DNA of 34,782 nucleotides from Octopus bimaculoides (Eukaryota): contig NC_068981.1 in the NCBI RefSeq assembly GCF_001194135.2, positions 155,113,661-155,148,442 on the forward strand. The letters run 5' to 3'. Shown one piece after another: positions 1 to 11,560 of this stretch. A program made the translations under genes and the position numbers. The notes beneath the pieces were generated by a model, which was not told the DNA's origin, did no database searches, and saw only the letters and a program-made list of their open reading frames with translations. The stretch's first letter is position 1, and each line of letters starts with the position of its first letter.

Positions 1-195
1 CGGGTGACACGTAAAAGCACCCACTACACTCTCTGAGTGGTTGGCGTTAGGAAGGGCATCCAGCTGTAGAAACTCTGCCAAATCAGACTGGAGCCTGGTG
101 TTGCCATCCGGTTTCACCAGTCCTCAGTCAAATCGTCCAACCCATGCTAGCATGGAAAGCGGACGTTAAACGATGATGATGATGATGATGATGAT
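1..195 (+). mobile_element. 3' tail of a non-LTR retroelement (RTE-like LINE 3'UTR or derived SINE tail) ending in (GAT)n
   Basis: The tail ...CCCATGCTAGCATGGAAAGCGGACGTTAAACGATGATGATG recurs near-identically at 29540-29580 (+) and 24302-24352 (-). Degenerate copies lie at 13298-13435 and 25740-25865. The RTE assignment is inference. Confidence 0.75.
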
Positions 196-334
196 GTATA
201 CATATATGCACACAGACACATATATTATATAAACACATATATAGTTGAAATTTAAAGAAAAACAAAAGACAGGTGTATTAGTTTAACACTCAGGAAGGTG
301 AGGTCTTGTACGTTTCGAACCTATGCTCTTCAAC

Positions 335-735
335 AGAAAAGAACACGAGTCAGGCGGTACTAGCAACGGCCACGCTCAAAATAATGTTTTTTACATGCCA
401 CCTGCACAGGAGCCAGTCCAGCAGCACTGGCAATGACCTCACTAGAATGTTTTGTTTACGTGCCACCGGCACAAGTGCCAGTAATGCAACGCTGGTAACC
501 ATCACGGAAGCCAGACAGCTGCTCTGGCAATGATCACGCTCGGATGGTGCTGTTAGCGCTCCACTGGCACAAGTGCCAGTCATCGAATTTGATCCAATTA
601 CGATTTCGCAAGCAGAGTTTAGTGTCCAAGGAAGGAAAGGTTGGCATGGGTGCCAGTCGTTGAATTTGGTTCTATTTCGATTTCACTTGCCTCAACAGGT
701 CTTTGCAAGTAGAGTTTAGTGACCAATGAAAGAAA
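335..735 (-). repeat. Degenerate array of TGCCAG/GTGCCAGT-containing units; reverse-strand relative of the 62-bp repeat at 29212-29450
   Basis: The reverse complement of 350-380 (GAGCGTGGCCGTTGCTAGTACCGCCTGACT) matches 29398-29428 (GAGCGTGGCCGTTGCCAGAACCGCCTTACT). Repeated GGCACAAGTGCCAGT motifs occur at 467-482 and 567-581. Confidence 0.6.
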
Positions 736-930
736 GAAAATTATTATATATATTAAATTCAAATTACGATAAACGTAAACAAACAAACGAAGTTTGCTTT
801 TAGAACATTTGAGATGTCTTAGAAAGTTAAAGAAGTGATTTTTAAATTCTCAAATGCAGGATAATGCTAATAATATAGCCTGAACAGGATAAGCTACCCC
901 TATTTTGTAGAAAAAAAGAGTTGGTGGCCA

Positions 931-1168
931 GATATATATATACATATATATTATATTATAGCATATATATATATATATNNNNNNNNNNNNNNNNNNNNNN
1001 NNNNNNNNNNNNNNNNNNNNNNNNNNNNNNNNNNNNNNNNNNNNNNNNNNNNNNNNNNNNNNNNNNNNNNNNNNNNNNNNNNNNNNNNNNNNNNNNNNNN
1101 NNNNNNNNNNNNNNNNNNNATTATGTTATACATATTATATAATATACTATACTATATATTATATTATA

Positions 1169-1210
<42 letters not shown>
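931..1210. repeat. (TA)n-rich microsatellite spanning an assembly gap
   Basis: Seen directly; N run at 979-1119. Confidence 0.9.
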
Positions 1211-1212
<2 letters not shown>

Positions 1213-1634
1213 CAACACCTGTCTGTGTTTGGATTGTCTTTGCGCAGGGGCCATCCAGTCTCCCGGCTTTGCCGTGGCCAGGAATTAATCTTCTCTCTTC
1301 GCACCACATGAGCTGAACTCCCTTCCCCTCTTCATCTCGCACCTACCCACCTTTCATCTTCTTTCTTGCTCTGACATCTGCTTCCTCTCTTCACTCCTAC
1401 CCACTTTCTCCCTTCATCATTACTTCCTGCAACCACTCCCCACTGCTACACATCTTACATACCCACACACCATCTCCCTAAACCCACACCACCCCGCATG
1501 CACTAGCACTGACCACTTCCCAGCACTCACCATCATCCACACTCCCACACACGCAGACATCCATATGCACCATCGTTTTGGGATCACCAATACTTTATTA
1601 TCTCCCCTTCTTCCTAGCTCTCATGTATAACTAC

Positions 1635-1860
1635 CTGCGGCCATGCTGAAGCACAGCTGTTTTGCTACACTGTTATTACTGAGAGCCTCCTCTAATATGT
1701 GGCATCTGGTGAAGAATGGAGTTTGACGTAGCTACCCTCATTTGCCCCTCTCGCTGTAAAGTAGGTTCGTCTGGGACTCTCGACAGGAAGAGGTCCAGCC
1801 TTGATTTAAAAACACCTACATCTACTTTGTGCAGGTTCCTCATGCTCCTTGGGAGAATAT
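1635..1860 (-). pseudogene. 3' end of a CR1/L2-group LINE ORF2 plus 3' tail (5'-truncated copy)
   Basis: The minus frame reads ILPRSMRNLHKVDVGVFKSRLDLFLSRVPDEP...GGSQ*, matching the CR1-group C-terminal motif LP..RN.....FK..LD.FL..VPDEP. The tail motif GTGCTTCAGCATGGCCGCAG lies at 1654-1635. Confidence 0.8.
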
Positions 1861-2180
1861 TATATGTATATATATACATATATGTGTGTGTGTGTATGTG
1901 TGTGTGTGTGTATATAAATATAATATTATTAGGGACAAAATCCAAAATTACAAGTAAAAAACTCAATTAAAATCAATTTATAAAAAATTAAAATTAAATT
2001 GAGCCTTATATATAAAGTATATATAAAATATATATAGTTTTAGGGAAAATAACCAATTTTCAAGAACTCATCGATGAAAATCCACTATCACATATAGAAA
2101 AATTAATAATTAAAAGCACAATAAATGAGTATAATATAAAGCAAAATAAATATCATAAGATAAATATAAATATATAATGT

Positions 2181-3027
2181 ACAGCTCCCAAAATTACTGC
2201 AGAGCTACTGACCACCTCGAGAACCCAGTTTCCACAAAAACTATTCACCAGGAGCTCACAAAACCAGATTTCATGGGAGGGCTGCAATCAGAAAACCACT
2301 ACTTTCAAAAACAAGCATTGCAAAGCGTTTAGAATGGATTAAAAACCTACAGAACTGATCCCTAAATCAGTGGAAGACTGTTAGTTTCTTGGATGAGTCA
2401 TCCTTTACCACATTTCTGACCACCAGCTGAGTATACATGTGGGGACAGCCAAAAGAAGCATTCAACCCAGCCTGTCTTCTTCCAAATGTTAAGTATGGAG
2501 GTGGATCTGTGATGATGATGATGGGGGAGGGGGGCTATATCTTGGAAATCTGCCAGCCCAATGTTTTCTCTTCACGGCAGAATTAGTAGTCAAGTCTATT
2601 TAAGCATTTTATCTCATCAAATCCATCCTATGATTGCAGCACTGTTTCTGGAGGGAAACGCAATCTGTAAGGATGATAATGCACCAATCCACACAGCTAA
2701 AATCGTTACTGAATGGCACGAGGAACATTCTAGTGAAGTTGAACATCTTATTTAGCCACCACAGTCCCCAGATCTCAATATTATTGGACATTTATGGTGC
2801 ATTTTAGAAAAACAAGTGAGGAGTCGATATCCTCCACCGTCATCACTACAAGAACTGAAGACTGTTTTAGCTGAAGAATGGACAAAAATTCCTTTGTAAG
2901 CAATTCAAACTTTGTACCAGTCCAAACCTTGTAAAATTCAAACTGTAATGACTTCCAAAGGCTACTCCATATCAAAATAAATTTGCTTGAAATTTTAAGC
3001 TGTTTCCATTATTTTGTCCAACCCCTT
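2181..3027 (+). pseudogene. Tc1/mariner transposase fossil with DD36(E) spacing (Incomer-like); 5'-truncated, right end retained
   Basis: Frames give TAPKITAEL..HLENPVSTKT, FLDESSFT (D at 2392), PKEAFNPACLLPNVKYGGGSVM, KDDNAPIH (D at 2675) and *PPQSPDLNIIGHLW. The catalytic E is GGA (Gly) at 2786, with a W-to-stop codon just upstream. The terminus TTCCATTATTTTGTCCAACCCCT followed by TA lies at about 3004-3029. Confidence 0.9.
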
Positions 3028-3037
3028 TATATATAAA

Positions 3038-3400
3038 GCATGGATGTGGCTGTGTGATAAGAAGTTTGCTTCCTAGCCGCACAGTTCCAGGTTCTGTCAC
3101 ACTGCAAGGCACCTTGGGCAAGTGTCTCTTACTTGTCCCAGTCCAACTAAAACTCTGAATGGATTTCGTAAATGGTAACTAGAAGAGACCCCATCATATG
3201 TGCACATGTGTGTGTGTGTGTATGTATCGGTGTTCCCACTACTGCTTGACAACCTGTGTTGGTCTGTTTACGTCCCTTGTGGCTTAGTGGTTCAGCAACT
3301 GACAAAGTACCACGCTTTAAAGAAAATAAGTACTGGTTCAATTTGTTAGACTTCTTCAAAGTGGTGCCTACAGTTCAATCAATGATTGAAAGAAGTAAAC
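3038..3400 (+). mobile_element. tRNA-derived SINE (family A), degenerate full-length copy
   Basis: It has a head GTGGCTGTGTGATAAG...GGTTCTGTCAC...GGCACCTTGGGCAAGTGTCT, an internal (TG)n, a core TGCTTGACAACC..TGTTTACGTCCC..CTTAGTGGTTCAGCAA and a tail. It is colinear with 29034-29790. Confidence 0.75.
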
Positions 3401-3577
3401 AATTAATAATATATATGAATTAAACACTACTTAGATATTATAAAACTTAGAAGAAAAACGTTAAAATTTAAATTTTACTTTAAGTTTCATGAAAATCACT
3501 GACTTTGCAACAGCTTTGATAGGGTTTATTTTTTTAATGAAAGCAATATTTATGTTCCATGCTATAATCAACTTTAA

Positions 3578-3798
3578 CCCTTTCATTACCAACCCGGCTG
3601 AAACTGGCTATGGCTCTGAGTACAAATGTCTTTGTTTTCATAAGTTTTGAATTAAAATCTTCCACCAAACCGTAGTCACAATTTATGTTCCTAACACTAG
3701 CTTGATGATAACTAAGTTATTTTACTGAATTCTTTGTTATATTCAAAGTAATTGAAAGAAACACAGAGCATCGCAAAATAAATACAGTAATGAAAGGG
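3578..3798 (+). mobile_element. piggyBac-type MITE, copy 1 (221 bp)
   Basis: TTAA at 3574-3577 and 3799-3802; terminal inverted repeats CCCTTTCATTAC...GTAATGAAAGGG. Confidence 0.9.
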
Positions 3799-3899
3799 TT
3801 AATTGTCTCACAATTATAGAAGTAGATACTGATATATCATGCAATTAGTCATAATACCACCCACCAAAAGAAGAAAAAAAATATGTTAAACAGTGTATG

Positions 3900-4060
3900 T
3901 CTCAGTATTAAACTACATTATTCCCTCTCTTTCTTGGCAAAACACATTCATTCCCCCAACTTCATTTTAAGAAAAAATACAAAAAATAAATTTTGTCTAA
4001 AAAATTCAGTCCTTTTTTTTTTTTTTGCTAATCCATCAAACCATGCTAGTTTACAGAAAT
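3900..4060 (+). repeat. Diverged direct repeat, copy A (copy B at 5358-5525)
   Basis: Both copies share TCTCAGTATTAAA, TCTTGGCAA, CATTCATTCCCC, ATTTTAAGAAA, AAAATTCAGTC, TTTGCTAATCCATCAAACC and TGCTAGTTTACAGAAAT in the same order. Confidence 0.8.
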
Positions 4061-4779
4061 ATGTTGAACAGTATATAAATGTGTATGTATTGGCAAAGGA
4101 CGAAAACACAGTGGTAAACCAGTGAGCAGATAGAAATCTATAACCAATGAGTATTATTCACTAGTAAAATGAAAAACAAATCAATAACTAGAATTAACAA
4201 ATCAGTTGGCTCTATTTCCTGTATTCAGACCAATTAGTGCCCTTAATTTCACCACAATCCTGGGGAACAGGTTTAGCATGATTCCAAGGAGTACCTAGTA
4301 ACTAACTGTAGCTCTTGCTTGATATAACAAAGATAAGTTTCATGTATGTATGTTATATGACAAATGCATTATGTGAGTGTGCACGTTTCCTAAGTGCTAT
4401 TGGTATAGTACAAAAATTAAACTATTGGGAACACATTTAGTATGTATGATTGCATCTTGGCTAATATTCTTAGATGAGTTTTAAAATCTAATTGTATCTG
4501 TGTATTTTGAAAAACCTACAAGTCACTGACACACACTTTTACTAATTTATTAGACTGACATATATATATATATATACATATATATAAACATGCAACATTA
4601 AAATATGTACTTCTGTTGAAATATATCAAGTTGCAACCTGTTGCCGCCCAGCCCACCAGTCACACATACCTAAGCAAAAATAAATTAACTGCATGACCAT
4701 AAATATGTTTCTTATTTTTATTAGACTGGCACCTAGAAGGTATGAGAGTAAGATGTCCATCCACCTCAAGCATTGAGAA

Positions 4780-4990
4780 ATGAACACAAAATATTTACAT
4801 CTAGACATCAGCATTGATTGATCAGAATCTTATGAGTGAAATTTAGCGAAGTGGAACTTATGTGTGAATACCAACAGATGGATTGCCACACCACTGTCAC
4901 TAGAATTTCAATTGAGAATTAAGCAAAGGGTACACCCATGGAGTATTCAGCCACTAACACCAGCAGGAAATTCAGCTGACAGGACAATTG
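4780..4990 (-). mobile_element. Highly degenerate SINE fragment (second family)
   Basis: The minus strand GTGGCTGAATACTCCATGGGTGTACCCTT...GTGACAGTGGTGTGGCA resembles a mollusc SINE body I recall. There is no second copy in the window to confirm it. Confidence 0.3.
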
Positions 4991-5357
4991 AATACTCATT
5001 GTCCTTTAAAACCCATGGGTCCATCTCCTTACATTTAGTAAATACAAGAATCATATTGATGCTGTAAAATTAGCTTCAGTTAACTATGTGGGAATTAGCA
5101 TTCCTACTTAATGCTTGACTAGGTTAGAGGTAGGTAAAACATTTGAACTATAAAACAATTGCTCTGAACAGTTTAGATGCAAAGACACAAATTTGGATAA
5201 GTAACCAATCTATTTTAGCAGAGAAGAAAAGAAAATCATTAAAAGCTAAAATATTAAGAACCTTTAGAGTAAAAGGTCATAAACCTCTTTACAGAAACAA
5301 TTCAAAACCCTAAGCAATGATTTTGCTAGTCCAGAAATAAAACTAAAGACCAAAATA

Positions 5358-5525
5358 TCTCAGTATTAAATTACATTGTTATTTTCTCTTTCTCTTGGCA
5401 AGATATATTCATTCCCCTCAACCACATTTTAAGAAAGAGAGAAAAAATACAGAAGAGAAATTTTGTTTAGAAAATTCAGTCTCTCAATTTGCTAATCCAT
5501 CAAACCTGTGCTAGTTTACAGAAAT
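5358..5525 (+). repeat. Diverged direct repeat, copy B
   Basis: Aligns by eye with 3900-4060. Confidence 0.8.
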
Positions 5526-5563
5526 CTACAATTTTAAGAGCTGTAACGTCTGCAATCCTTTAA

Positions 5564-5786
5564 CCCTTTCATTACTGTATTTATTTTGAGATGCTGTGTT
5601 TCTTTCAATTACTTTAAATATAACAAAGAATTTAGTAAAATAACTTAACTTAGTTACCATTCAGTTAGTGTTAGGAACATAAATTGTGACTAAGGTTCGG
5701 TGGAAGATTTTAATTCAAAACTTATGAAAACAAGACATTTATACTCAGAGCCATAGCCAGTTTCAGCCGGGTTGGTAATGAAAGGG
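5564..5786 (-). mobile_element. piggyBac-type MITE, copy 2 (223 bp), inverted relative to copy 1
   Basis: TTAA at 5560-5563 and 5787-5790 with the same TIRs. Its reverse complement aligns end to end with 3578-3798, with few differences. Confidence 0.9.
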
Positions 5787-7248
5787 TTAAAGTAAAATTT
5801 AAAATAATAAAACAAATAATAATAATAATTTCGTTTAATAATACAATAGATAATTGAAAATAATTTTAACAGAAAATTATAAAAAAAGAAAATGACAACT
5901 ATTTCAAATTTTTAAGCAAACATTATTTTAAGGAATATGTTTTGTGTGTGATGTAGTAGTGATGATGGTGGTGGTTGAAAGAGCAGCGGTAAGAGTAGTA
6001 AAAGAGTTTAGACTTTGAGAGAAAATGGAAGCACTAGATGAGTAAAAAGAGAAACATGAGCCTAACTGTTAAATTATCTAATTAGTGCTCTACTTTGTTA
6101 TATGGCATTCAGTTTGCATCCTCAAAAGTAATCTTGCCATTTTCAAGTGGACATGAAAATGGCTATACAAGAATTCCAATTGCCACTTGACATTTACAGA
6201 AGAGATTACTGGCCACCTCTTTGATAGCTTGGAAAGTGCTGCCATTTTCTATGTAACATCAGCTTTCCACAGTAAAGTGAGCTTGGATAATGGTAAATCA
6301 ATTAATATAGACAGAACACACTGGGTATATTAAGCCATATCCAATTCAATAAAGTTTTAGCAACAACACCCATCAGTTAAATATGACCACAATTACAAGC
6401 AGTAATATTAAAGGAAAAATATATTTTGAAGCTATAAAATAAACTAACCAACATGGAATAATGTCTAGATAAAATAAACCAAGCAACATGGAACAATGTC
6501 TAGATCAGATTTATAAAGATAAACTTTCAGCAGTTGCGGGTTGCAATCTTATATTTTTCCTAGAATTTTTATATTGAATTAAATTTTATCTACTTGAAGA
6601 CAATTCATTGTTTATATTTTTAAAGTGTTCAAGCAATAGTGACTACAGTAGAAATCAAGTAGTTAAATTTGAAACAGGTTATTCTAAAATATTGTTAGGT
6701 TTCAGTTTTAATGATAACAAAAATGATTGGCAAGTCTCTTCTTTGTTGGGATTATTCTGTGTAAGACATTTATACTTTACAAATAAGATACTAGTAATGT
6801 ATGTAAAACAATGTCTTTATATCTACAAGATTGGTTAAAGAAACTTGCCAATCACTCAAATCATATATGGATTATATTAAAGGTTAGTAGGAATTATGAA
6901 ATAACTAAATTCTTTGAAAGAAAAATAAAGGAATTTTATCATTACAATGGTTAGTGGTATAAAATTGTAACTATAATCACAAGTCGTCAGATATGATCAA
7001 ATCTGCGTTAATATAAATAATTTACAAATATATACATTTAGCTAAAAATTTATATTTTCACCAAACACAATTAGCAATAATAGAAACTTTTTATTCAATC
7101 AACATTACAAGTAAGATATATATGTAAAATGCTACAAATATGTAATATTTATTTTAAAAATCGGCCAAAGTTGCTTCTAAGTCACAACAGTATGAACAAA
7201 TTAATATCACCTAAATTATTTCAATTGTACTTTTAATAATTTTAATTA

Positions 7249-7452
7249 TTTAGCATTTAAGCTGGCCCAGATATTTTACCTTGTTTATGTTCAAAAGGGC
7301 TCTTGGGACCAACCTTACAATGTCATTCTAAAAGTATACAACCACATCTTTCAAAAGCATGAAGCTTACGAGATATTGCACGACTAATTGAAAATCATGT
7401 GAATAAACAAGAATTTCATTTGGCAGAATAATCTGAATTAAACTTAGAGTAA
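7249..7452. mobile_element. Degenerate MITE-like repeat (TTTAGCATTTAA...AATCTGAAT ends)
   Basis: Resembles a common octopus TTAA-flanked MITE from recall; the ends are eroded and there is no second copy here. Confidence 0.35.
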
Positions 7453-9723
7453 TTTTTCCAAAACAGGGCATGTCTATGTAAGATGGGTGGGGGTACTTTA
7501 ATGCACTAGGACCCATTCCACCAAAATTCTATTTGGTAATGCAACAACTATACTTTAACGCTGTAAATGACTTTCCTATTTTCTAATAATATTTGTCTGG
7601 CAATCCTGAACATTTAAAGCTGTACAGTAACAAAGAATTAACTAAAACGTAAATGCTATAAATGTCGAATATGCAAGTCAGCATTTAAGCAGAGAGGCCT
7701 TGAGTAGCTTTCTCACAAGTGATAAAGAGGAGAATGCTAAGTAGCCTTTTTGTCTGCAAAACTATTAACTGCAGTAGATGTACAGACTATTTATTTAGTG
7801 AGTGAGGTGTACCAACCAGTAGGCTAGCTTCAACCAGAAATTCATCAAGGAAACCATGTTGAAGAACTATGATAAACACAGTAAACTTTAACCTCAAACA
7901 AATAATAGATTACCAATACTAGAAATTGACATTTTAACACAAAGAAGCTGGGTGGGAGCCTGACCTATCTAGACAATTAGTTTCTACCCCCATTTTTGCT
8001 GCAGTTTCCACTAAATCTAACTGCTGCAGATAAAAGGTCATACACCCAATCTATCAAAGTGACTGTAGTACAGACACGAAATGAGTATAAAAAGGTAAAT
8101 ATAAAAGGCTAAAATAGAGGGGGGGTATAACTAGCAACTTTTGATATAACTATCATTTTCAAAATAACCAGTTAAACAAGAACCAAAACATCTTTTTTTT
8201 TTTTATTACTTTATGACTGGCTAAGAAGAGTCTATATGAATTTAAAATACATTATTGATTCTTAAACTAATTTTAAATTTAAGCCGAAAGCTGTCAGGTG
8301 TAAGAAAAGTCTGTTCAAATATTTCATTTATTTTTCACCTTTCTAAATACCTCAGACATAGGTGTAGACATTTTTTTACTTCTTTCAAAACATTTTTTTG
8401 TAACTCTTGGCCCTTAACATCTCTTAGTAACTTCTGCCAATTATATGCACACACAAGTTTTGAGTTATATTTTCCCTGATTGTATTAACAGAGGTGTGTG
8501 TGTGATGTTCTCATGAGTGAGAATGGTAGTTTTGTGGAACAAGATGTTAATCAGGGAAACAGTTTTGCCAGATTAAATGGGGTAAGCTGAATTGTATATT
8601 AAATATTCATCACAATGTTTAAATTCTGGCTTAGAAAACCAAGATCAAAGATATTTCAACTATGATCATCATCTCTTGACTATATAACTAATTATGTTCA
8701 AGAGAACAAGATGGGATATAAGGAGAGGCTTGACTGCTATTTCTAAAAGGTCAAAAGATCATGTAGAAGCCCCTTCATAGTGAGATTTGAACTTCTAACC
8801 ATGCATCTTTGCACTTAACTTGTTTTGTTTTGTAAACAATGTTTCAATAGCATCAAAATCACCATGCTCTTGACCTGGATTAAGTTTCAATATATAGCAA
8901 TTATATTTTTCACTACATATCAATGACATATGCGGAAGTCCACTTTGCCCATGATGTTAATATGTCTACATATATAAACTATTATAAAAGTCATCAGTAC
9001 AAATAATAATGCATATAGCCACTTATCAGAGTTGAAAGCATTTAAAAAGAAAGATGATTTTGTGTGTATGTGCGTGTATGTATGTATATATATATAGATA
9101 GATTCAGATGAATAAGGTACTTAGGTTGGAGCACCAAAAATTAGTGCGGCATTATCTGTACAACTCAAAATAAGCAACAATATTGTTTAAAATCAATCGC
9201 CTATAGAACACCATGATAAAATTTCCTCTGTATTATTATCATTGGTTTTATTAGTGTCTTGCCCCTTTAACTGGTAATTAACATCTTGATTAGTCAGTTA
9301 CTTTATACTACTTCAAAATAATCTAGACAAGTTTTATGACCATACCCACTAAGTTCTGTCAACTCTCTCCTGCCCTTTCCTTACAGACACAACCCTCTGG
9401 TCCTTAGATTTGGTACTTGATAACCAAGACTAATAAATTAAAACTGAACCAAAATCCATTACAAGCTGTGACCCCAACAAATTTCTTTCCTGATGTCTAG
9501 TAAATTCTAAGCTGAAGTGGTAGCAGCATGGTCTTTGTCTGTCTGCTTACTCTAGAGTATTTAAGTAAAATTATATTAATGTGACTGATTAAAAAACTCT
9601 TTTTATTTATGCAACTGAGGATAGCCCTGCATTTAAATTGATGCAATGATTGCATTGTTCAATTAAATGGAGCCACTTGAAACGGTCGTACTGTATTACC
9701 TCTGGAATCCTGTTGCTTATTAT

Positions 9724-9724
<1 letters not shown>

Positions 9725-9760
<36 letters not shown>
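9725..9760. repeat. (GT)n microsatellite
   Basis: Seen directly. Confidence 0.9.
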
Positions 9761-9761
<1 letters not shown>

Positions 9762-10299
9762 GGTCTCAGTCTGAACTATGATCATGCAGAGGTATCCACA
9801 TTCTAGGGTACAGTAGGTAACATCAATCCCAATACTTATTTCATTGATCTTAGAAAAATGAAGACTTCCTGAGTAGGATTTGAGTCTACAATGTAAAGGG
9901 ATGTAACCAAATTACAGGCTAAATTTTGTCCACTGCTCAATTAATTCTGCCACTTACCTAGTATTATATTTTGCAGTCAGATACAGTCAACAGTGTAATT
10001 AGGATTTACATCAGAGAAAGTCAATATTTGGCACTCACAAAGTTAATGCCCCTAACAAATTTAGCTCGTTTTTCTATTATGGAGCTCCAGCTTGTCACTC
10101 AAAAGTAAATATCTAATATACTTTTAAGAAGTTTTTTTTAAATGGTAATGAAAAGCAATATATACTACATATTTACAAGTAATGCAAAAAATACAAAACA
10201 TTTACTAAAATAAAAATATTCTAATTATATACTTAAAAAGTAATGTCTTATTTGCATATATTTTTGGTTTTTTTTTTTTTAATAATTAATTTTGAACTT

Positions 10300-11560
10300 A
10301 ATTTCAAAACTATTCTTACAACTGACGATGCAAATACATCAATATCATCAAAATTAGTGTTTGCTGTTTCCTCACATTTAATGGTGAACATGGTGACAAT
10401 CTACAATCCCCACCACCACATCTTTTTTTGGCTTGGCGGTGCTTTCAAAATCAACTTCAACAGGCTGAAAGATAGTCCTCAGTAAGCAACTGGGACATTA
10501 TCAGAAAAGCTTCACTCAAATTAAAAACAGTATCTCATTGTTCCCTAGTTAATACAAAACAACAAAAAAAAAAAGAGTTTGGGTGAATTTTTATGAAACA
10601 TCTTGGCAACCTAAAATTACTCCATAAAGCTCAACTCCATCTATATCAATGACAAACCTTAGTCAAATTGATAGAATGATTATTAATTTATTACAGAACT
10701 AGCTTTACAGTTTTCCTTAACTTCTATTGAACCAGACAACCTTCAAACAGCATTTATCTTTTACAAGTTGTTCCAAAATTATTTGCATCAAGTTTTCAGT
10801 ATCCTTTTGTTTCCGAACATGAGTCATAAAAAAAAGTTTTCTCCTTAAACTCCATACCAGTACAAGTTATTTTGGCCATTTGTTCTTGATGTGCTTGATT
10901 TGTAGTGATATCAAACAGGGTCAAAATAGCTGGCCTTATAAATGCTATGTAGCTATTTCTGGTTAACAATACCAGCCATTAGCCAATACATTGATTTTAC
11001 ACTAATGGAGGTAAATATGGTATTCTTTCAGGTTCTTTTTCACATAACCAAGATGTTCTTTTTTGACAGGTTCAGAGTCTACCAACAATTTTAATACTCC
11101 TCTAAAATTTCCAAAATTATTTTCCTGTTGTTTATGCGATTCCTTGTGACCAAGCAATGCAATGTTTTGAGTTGCTCAAAACCTCTATGTAATAGAGAAT
11201 CCTGTAGAGAATGTCTCACTAACACCACCTTTACACAACTGCAATTTGAACTTGAAGCTTCCTATCAATGATTTCTCTATTCTCTAAAATCTCACTATTT
11301 ATCTCTCTCTTGGGTCAAGCAGTATCAATGACATGTTGCTTTTTCATGGATAATCTTTTCCTCGTGGTTTCCAATCCATTTTCTTGTTCCAATGAAGACA
11401 TTAGTATTTCATGAAATAGTAAACAACAAAAGCAAACTTGTAATTTCTTCTCTAGAGAATAAGCAAGCCATCAGTACCAAACTTCTCTACATTCTTCCAT
11501 TTACACCAACACCCATTCAGTAATATGCTTTAAGAGGAAAGGGTTCACAAAATACTTCTG
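10300..11560 (-). pseudogene. hAT-superfamily transposase fossil (ZMYM1-like: TTF-type zinc finger, DUF4371, C-terminal dimerisation domain), internally deleted
   Basis: Minus-strand fragments with stops and frameshifts: WLAYSLEKKLQVCFCCLLF (~11470-11415); ATQNIALLGHKES...NFGNFRGVLKLL...KEHL (~11175-11050); FDITTNQAHQEQM (~10917-10878); NNHSINL (~10685-10664); SFSLLKLI...IKCEETANTNFDDIDVFASS (~10478-10320). Confidence 0.85.

Noticed and set aside
8560-9960. Possible additional eroded SINE fragments (~8560-8790, ~9820-9960)
   Set aside because: The resemblance is from memory only and too degenerate to support without an alignment.
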